From contig JBHGNT010000822.1 in NCBI GenBank assembly GCA_043228905.1, forward strand, positions 1 to 15,009: a stretch of DNA of 15,009 nucleotides, written 5' to 3'. Position numbers and translations under genes: made by a program. Numbering within the stretch: the stretch's first letter is position 1; the number at the start of each line of letters is the position of its first letter. This stretch comes from Azolla caroliniana (lineage: Eukaryota; Plantae; Polypodiophyta). Under the pieces are notes generated by a model. The model made no database searches. It saw only the letters and a list, made by a program, of their open reading frames with translations, and had not been told where the DNA came from. This document shows positions 8,689 to 15,009 of the stretch, piece by piece.

Positions 8689-11262
8689 TTTTGTTTTAGA
8701 AAAAAAAACAAAGTACCAAAATAAAATAGAAAAAAATGTAATTATTTTTAAAAAAAAATCTAAAATTAAACTTTTCATGTCATGATATGGTAGGACTCGA
8801 ACCCATGACCTTATGTTACATTGGTCAAGCTCTTGACAATTAAACCATACATTGTAATACATAAAATATTATTTTTATCACTTCTTAAAGCTCAATTTTT
8901 TTTAGAAAAAAAACAAAACACCATAATAAAATAGGAAAAAATGTAATTATTTTTAAAAAAAAATCCGAAATAAAACTTTAAACATGAACTCGATACACCG
9001 TGTCAGGTTCATGTAAAAAAGTTAGCTTTTCAACATGAACTCGATACGCCGTATCGGGTTCATGTAAAAAAGTTAGTATCAAGTTCTTGTAAAAAAGGTA
9101 ACTTTTTTATATGTCATGATATGGTAGGACTCGAACCCATGACCTTCTGCTACATGGATGGAGCTCTTGACCATTAGACCATGCATTGTAATACATAAAT
9201 TATTATTTTTATCACTTATTAAAGCTTAATTTTATTTTAGAAAAAAAACAAAACACCATAATAAAATAGGAAAAAATGTAATTATTTAAATAAAAAAATC
9301 TGAAATAAAACTTTAAACATGAACTCGATACGACGTATCGAGTTCATGTAAAAAAGTTAGCTTTTCAACATTATCGAGTTCATGTAAAAAAGTTAGCTTT
9401 TCAACATGAACTCGATACGCCGTATCGAGTTCATGTTTAAAAGGGGTATCGAGTTCATGTAAAAGAGTTAGCTTAGTTCATGACATGATATAGTAGGACT
9501 CAAACCCATGACCTTCTGCTACATAGGTGAGGCTCTTAACCATTAGACCATACATTGTAATACATAAACTATTATTTTTATCACTTATTAGAGCTTAATT
9601 TGTTTTTAGAAAACAAACAAAACACCATAATAAAATAGGAAAAAATGTAATTATTTAAAAAAAAAAATCCGAAATAAAACTTTAAACATGAATTCGATAC
9701 GCCGTATCGAGTTCATGTAAAAAAGTTAGCTTTTCAACATGAACTCGATACGGCGTATCGAGTTCATGTTTAAAAGGGGTATCGAGTTCATGTAAAAGAG
9801 TTAGCTTAGTTCATGACACGATATAGTAGGACTCGAACCCATGACCTTCTGCTACATAGGTGAGGCTCTTAACCATTAGACCATACATTGTAATACATAA
9901 ACTATTATTTTTATCACTTATTAGAGCTTAATTTGTTTTTAGAAAACAAACAAAACACCATAATAAAATAGGAAAAAATGTAATTATTTAAAAAAAAAAA
10001 TCCGAAATAAAACTTTAAACATGAATTCGATACGCCGTATCGAGTTCATGTAAAAAAGTTAGCTTTTCAACATGAACTCGATACGGCGTATCGAGTTCAT
10101 GTTTAAAAGGGGTATCGAGTTCATGTAAAAGAGTTAGCTTAGTTCATGACACGATATAGTAGGACTCGAACCCATGACCTTCTGCTACATAGGTGAGGCT
10201 CTTAACCATTAGACCATACATTGTAATACATAAATTATTATTTTTATCACTTATTAGAGCTTAATTTGTTTTTAGAAAACAAACAAAACACCATAATAAA
10301 ATAGGAAAAAATGTAATTATTTAAAAAAAAAAATCCGAAATAAAACTTTAAACATGAATTCGATACGCCGTATCGAGTTCATGTAAAAAAGTTAGCTTTT
10401 CAACATGAACTCGATACGGCGTATCGAGTTCATGTTTAAAAGGGGTATCGAGTTCATGTAAAAGAGTTAGCTTAGTTCATGACATGATATAATAGGACTC
10501 GAACCCATGACCTTCTGCTACATAGGTGAGGCTCTTAACCATTAGACCATACATTGTAATACATAAACTATTATTTTTATCACTTATTAGAGCTCAATTT
10601 GTTTTTAGAAAACAAACAAAACACCATAATAAAATAGGAAAAAATGTAATTATTTTTAAAAAAAATCCGAAATAAAACTTTAAACATGAATTCGATACGC
10701 CGTATCGAGTTCATGTAAAAAAGTTAGCTTTTCAACATGAACTCGATACGGCGTATCGAGTTCATGTAAAAATGTTAGCTTAGTTGATGATATGATATGC
10801 TAGGACATAAACCCTTGACCTTGTGCTGCATGGGTGGAGCTCTTAACCATTAGACCATACATTGTAATACATAAAGTATTATTTTCATCACTTATTAAAT
10901 CTTAAAGTTTTTTAGAAAAAAAAACAGCGTATCGAGTTCATGTAAAAAAGTTAGACTTTAAACATGAACTCGATACGGCGTATCGAGTTCATGTTGAAAA
11001 GGCGTATCGAGTTCATGTAAAAAAGTTAACTTAGTTCATGTCGTGATATGTAGGACTTGAACCCATGACATTATGCTACATGGGTCAAGCTCTTGACCAT
11101 TAGACGATACATTGTAATACATAAAATATTATTTTCCTCACTTATTAAAGCTCAAAGCCTTTTAGAGAAAAAAACAAAATACCAAAATAAAATAGGAAAA
11201 AATGTAATTATTTAAAAAAATAAATCGGAAATAACACTTTCAACATGAACTCGATACGTCGT
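8669..11262. repeat. Tandem array with a ~333-bp unit (8 units plus a partial one)
   Basis: The landmark AGGACTCGAACCCATGACC, or a close variant, recurs at 8792, 9126, 9495, 9828, 10161, 10494, 10802 and 11052 (spacings 334, 369, 333, 333, 333, 308, 250). The central units are nearly identical. Units carry AACATGAACTCGATAC-NNN-GTATCGAGTTCATGT palindromes. Confidence 0.95.
9819..9890 (-). pseudogene. tRNA-derived 72-nt module with A and B boxes (SINE-head-like), representative of 8 copies
   Basis: The minus strand reads CAATGTA TG GTCT AATGGTTA AGAG C CTCAC CTATGTA GCAGA AGGTC ATGGG TTCGAGT CCTAC TATATCG. This has tRNA spacing, A box TGGTCTAATGG and B box GGTTCGAGTCC, but the anticodon stem does not pair. 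Other copies: 8783-8854, 9117-9188, 9486-9557, 10152-10223, 10485-10556, 10793-10864, ~11044-11114. Confidence 0.7.
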
Positions 11263-11287
11263 AGATTAACTCATGTCATCATCATTC

Positions 11288-11336
11288 CCTCTCAGTCCCT
11301 CTCTCTCTCTCACTCTCTCTCTCTCTTCTTTTCTCA
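11288..11336 (+). repeat. CT-rich microsatellite
   Basis: ccctctcagtccctctctctctctcactctctctctctcttcttttctc. Confidence 0.85.
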
Positions 11337-11417
11337 AGTGTTCTACACCTTAAATTCTTCTTAGTACTAATATTTCTCTCTTAGTACTAATTTCGTCTCT
11401 GTCTTAGAATTTTGTTT

Positions 11418-12000
11418 TTGAGCTTTAATAAGTGATGAAAAAACCTGAGTTTTTATCACAAGTCGATACATTGTTTTTATCACAAGTCGATACAATGTAT
11501 CAAGTTCATGTTTAAAATTATTATTTTTTCCATAAAAAATAAAAAAAATAAAAAAAATAAAAAAAATTAAAAGGAACAAAAAAAATTGAAAAAAAATAAA
11601 AAAAATTGAAACAAATTGAAAATGTTTTTTTTTTAAATTAGAAAAAATTACTTTAAACATGAACTCGATACATTGTATTGAATTGTGATGAAAAATCTGG
11701 TTTTTCTATGAACTCAAGCTTAATTTATTATTATTATTATTTTTTAAATCCGGTAAAAAAACTTTGAACATGAATTTAATATATTGTATAGAGTTATGAT
11801 GAAAACTCTATTTTTTACGTCAATTCAATACAACATATCGTGTTCATGTTTAAAACTCTTGTTGTTTTTCAAATAAAAGAGGTTTTTAAAGATGTATGTT
11901 GCACAACAAGATACCTTATGGTAAATATGTGCTTCATTTATTAGAAGAAAACCATTAATAATTGTGTTGATGGTAATTGAACTTTGCAAATGCCATTTAC
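11418..12000 (-). repeat. Right long inverted arm
   Basis: Reverse complement of 8117-8688. Contains a 24-bp tandem duplication (TTTTTATCACAAGTCGATACA-core twice, ~11450-11497). Confidence 0.9.
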
Positions 12001-12619
12001 TTCACAAATTTTGAAGGGGAATTCTTATAAGGAAGGAGATTATAACATTGTAGATACCTTGATAACTATGGGTTATGTTCAAATTGATATATTAATGTTC
12101 ACATCTAAAGTTTGACAATTTATGAATATCGTCTACATTTTAGGAGTTGTGGATTTATCAAAATTGTTTATGAATATTGTCTACATTTCTTGAGTTGTGA
12201 ATTTATGGATGTTAATGAGCACTAATTTATAGATGATGACATTAAGGATTGCAATATTACCTTTTATACTTAAAACATTTTCAAGTCTAACAATAGATGT
12301 AACCTTAATCTTCTCAAGACGGTGAAACCATTAATCTTAACTTGTGCCTTGAGTTGACCATAATTGTGATTTTCTTTAAGTTAACTACATTTCATATCTG
12401 CAAACCATCAACATTTAAACATTATCCCTAAACTATTCAATTTTAGAAATTATCATTTAGAAATTTGTTAAATCTCAAAAAATTAGCAAAATTTACATGC
12501 TATTTAAAACATGTGATACTAGTGTATCAAGTTTTTGGAAATTGTCTAAAATCGCAAGATTGTAAAAGGAATCTATAAGTGGAATGCGCAATCCTTCCAC
12601 TTGTGAATGCAAAGGTGTT

Positions 12620-12812
12620 TTCATTTTCAGTTCGAACTCAAACGCCTCTCGTCGAGGTTAGGAATTATTAACCTATGACTTCGTTCGAACACAAACTCAG
12701 CCTCTCGTCGATGTTAGGAATGTGGGGGCATTCTGAGAATTGAACTCGGGAGCTCTTCCACCCAAAGCGAGAATCATGCCATTAGACTAAATGCCTTTGT
12801 TAATCCAATGAT
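12620..12812 (-). repeat. Continuation of the tRNA-Pro array after the insertion (pseudogene at 12725-12796)
   Basis: Same spacer and tRNA-Pro sequence, and it shares diagnostic variants with 6768-6965. Confidence 0.92.
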
Positions 12813-13466
12813 TTAGTACGTGCAAATAGGTATGTCAATGGATCTTCCGTACAATTTTTATTTGATTGGGGAAGCTCACACAATTTTGTGAATGATCGTT
12901 TGGTTCAGATATGGGGAATCCATCCCACGGTAAGTGATCACACCTATAGGGTGCACTTGGCTGATGGAAGAGTACAATACATCAACGGGGCGATTGATGC
13001 ATTAGGAATTTCTATTGATAGTTATGTAGAGGAAGTAGACTTCCATGTAATGAATCTTTGTACCACTGATGTAATATTGGGTTATCCCTGGTTTTATAAT
13101 AAAACTCTTCTTTGTCTATTGATTGGGTTTGTCATTCAATTTCCTTTTGTACTAAACGATTGTACTCATTTTATTTAATGTGTAAATAAACAATCCCTTT
13201 CGATTGTTTCCTCTTCATCAATATCTGAGTTGTATTGTTCTTCTTTATTTGATTGTGTACTTTATCCGAACATTCACGTTTATAATATTGATAACATCTC
13301 GGGTCAATTGACATATTGTGAACAACAAGAACTCGATAATATCTTAAATGGTTTTCATGATATTTTTCCGAGTGAACTACCACATGGGTTACCTCCTAAA
13401 CATAATATAGACCATCGTATAGATATTGTACCTGGCATTGCACCAATAAGTATACCTCATTATTGT
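12813..13466 (+). pseudogene. Ty3/gypsy pol fragment: aspartic protease and linker up to the start of reverse transcriptase, frameshifted
   Basis: The frame upstream of ORF 12888 reads VQFLFDWGSSHNFV (retropepsin D-[S/T]-G motif, Asp codon at 12864-12866, here DWG), followed by VHLADG and DVILGYPW. ORF 13230 contains FHDIFPSELPHGLPPKHNIDHRIDIVPGIAPISIPHY, the typical gypsy pre-RT segment. The reading frame is disrupted around 13105-13230. No LTR or integrase is present. Confidence 0.9.
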
Positions 13467-14371
13467 TTTCATATAATTTTTTTTTTATTTGAATTGAAAT
13501 CCAATGCACTGCGTCGGATTTTAGTCTATACAATTAGACATCGTTGCATTGCATCAAATTTTAGCTGAAAATCATTTTCCTTTTCAATAGTTTTGCATTT
13601 TTTCGATAAATAAATAAAAATATTTCAAAAATCGATTTCCAACTGAAATCTGATGCACTGCATTGGGTTTCAATTGAAAAGCCAAATTCCTTGTAGTTTT
13701 TTCAATCTTGTTATGGAGAAAATGACAAAAACAATAAATAATGAAAAAATAAAAACTTTGCGTATTTTCAACTAAAATACAATGTTATGAATCAACTTCG
13801 AGATGTATAAAGTAAAATACAATGCAATGCATCAGATTTGAGGTTAAAATTCAAGGTTTTTTAAATTTGTTTTATTTTTTAAAGATATTTCAAAAGTGGA
13901 TTTTAAATTGAAATCCACAACACTATATCATATTTTAGTCTATATAGCTAGAATTCGATGCAATGCATTATGTCTCAGTTGAAAATGCAAGAGTATTTTT
14001 TTAATGGAAAAGTTTTAAAAAATTCCAATACATACAACATAAAAAATCTAGATGTATAGAGAAAAATTGAAATAGTGCATCAGATCTAGATGGAATGAAT
14101 TGGATTTCTATTTGATATCAAAGGCTTACTATGAAGGTCTAAGAAAAACAAAAATATATCTTTATGCCATTTTTTCGTTTTAAATTATTTGGGTAGAAGG
14201 TTTCTCTCACATAATCAAATATCATAAATAGAAAGTACATAATTAAATATCATAACCAAAAAGTGAAGAAGAAAGAATGCATCAAGCATATCTACTCTTA
14301 TATTGGATAATTTTTATATACTAGTGTATTGCAATTGGATGAAGACAATGCATTAGTTTCCATTGATGATG
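13460..14371 (+). repeat. Direct duplicate of 1322-1567 joined to 2428-3097 (~860-bp internal deletion)
   Basis: 13460-13704 matches 1322-1567 and 13704-14371 matches 2428-3097, with scattered substitutions. Confidence 0.93.
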
Positions 14372-14749
14372 AGGATGAGACCTCATAAACTCCTACTAGT
14401 TCATCTAATCAGTCTGAAGATGATGGCATAAACTTGAAAAACGATTGTCTTGATACGTTAACTATAAATATTGTATTGTACATCAAGATTTGGATTCATG
14501 AATTTCTATAAATATTGGTGTTAGTCATTTTGGACATTCATTTGTAAGTTTGGCATGTCGATTATTTGGGCTTTTTTTTTAACACCTAACTTTTCGTACA
14601 CGCTAGAAATCAATACATTTCTAAAAATCCTTTACGTACAAGGCACCCCTATTTGTGAATCACCCTAATTTGTGTCATTTTTTAATGGGCAGTTCTCAAA
14701 ATGCAACATATTACCTATTTCAAATGTCCCCGTGTTATTAGTAAAGTTC

Positions 14750-15009
14750 CGGATTTAAACCCAGGACCTCTCACACCCAAACCTAGAGTCATACCACTAG
14801 ACCAAATACCGTTGTAAATCTATTAATTTGTTTTTGTTTAGAACTAAACTAAAACGCCACATTTCGAGAATTCAACTCGAGACCTCTCGCACCAAATACC
14901 CTTGTTAACCTACGAGTTCGTTTTCAGTTTGAACTCAAACGCCTTTCGTCGAGGTTAGGAACGTGGGGGCACTCCGAGAATTGAACTCGGGAACTCTCAC
15001 AACAAAAGC
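14750..15009 (-). repeat. Edge of a further tRNA-Pro array (degenerate copies ~14750-14810 and ~14861-14901, partial copy 14966-15009)
   Basis: Contains CATACCACTAGACCAAAT, GGACCTCTCRCACC and a full 64-nt spacer at 14902-14965. It runs off the window end. Confidence 0.9.

Larger units (their letters stand above)
8117..12000. mobile_element. Nested foldback/Mutator-like non-autonomous element with ~580-bp inverted arms
   Basis: 8117-8688 is the reverse complement of 11418-12000 (termini GTAAATGGCATTTGCAA...TTGCAAATGCCATTTAC), with substitutions and indels. The arms are built from TCGAGTTCATG-like sub-repeats and A/T tracts. No transposase ORF and no TSD were found. Confidence 0.8.
7245..12619. 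mobile_element. Non-autonomous TIR DNA transposon inserted in a tRNA-array spacer
   Basis: 29-bp terminal inverted repeats, 7245-7273 (AACACGTTTGCGTTCACAAGTGGAAGGAT) and 12591-12619, 27/29 identical. A perfect 16-bp subterminal inverted match lies at 7350-7365 and 12508-12523. TTCA flanks both ends (7241-7244, 12620-12623). Removing the element restores a normal spacer, CCTACGAC-TTCA-TTTTCAGTTCGAACTCAAACG. Confidence 0.85.

Noticed and set aside
11367-11660. 97-aa hydrophobic ORF resembling a membrane protein
   Set aside because: The Phe/Ile run comes from the poly-A/T tract of the inverted arm, and the YRLVIKT repeat comes from a 24-bp duplication.
8108-12009. Target-site duplication for the inner long-arm element
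   Set aside because: The flanks ATGGACCGT and TTCACAAAT share no direct repeat of 2-9 bp, so the superfamily is left unassigned.
13171-13383. 70-aa minus-strand ORF
   Set aside because: It is the antisense shadow of the gypsy pol fragment.

Overview
Eukaryotic, AT-rich, repeat-dominated DNA with no intact protein-coding gene; the tRNA-Pro sequence is the land-plant nuclear type. From left to right: (1) the probable 5' end of a minus-strand LTR (1-361); (2) an AT-rich block of palindromic modules (~690-2840); (3) a tandem array of about 33 minus-strand tRNA-Pro(TGG) genes/pseudogenes with a 136-bp period (3098-7244). Each 72-nt tRNA alternates with a 64-nt imperfect-hairpin spacer, and the consensus spacer has no oligo-T Pol III terminator. 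(4) A 5.4-kb TIR element (7245-12619, TTCA target duplication) is inserted into one spacer. It contains a 3.9-kb foldback-like element with ~580-bp inverted arms (8117-12000), whose interior is a ~333-bp tandem array carrying a second, unrelated tRNA-shaped Pol III module. (5) The tRNA-Pro array resumes at 12620-12812, followed by (6) a decayed Ty3/gypsy protease-to-RT fragment (12813-13466) and (7) a second copy of the AT-rich block followed by another tRNA-Pro array (13460-15009), which suggests a macro-duplication. Apart from the two gypsy-derived frames, the supplied ORFs appear to be repeat-derived or unsupported.
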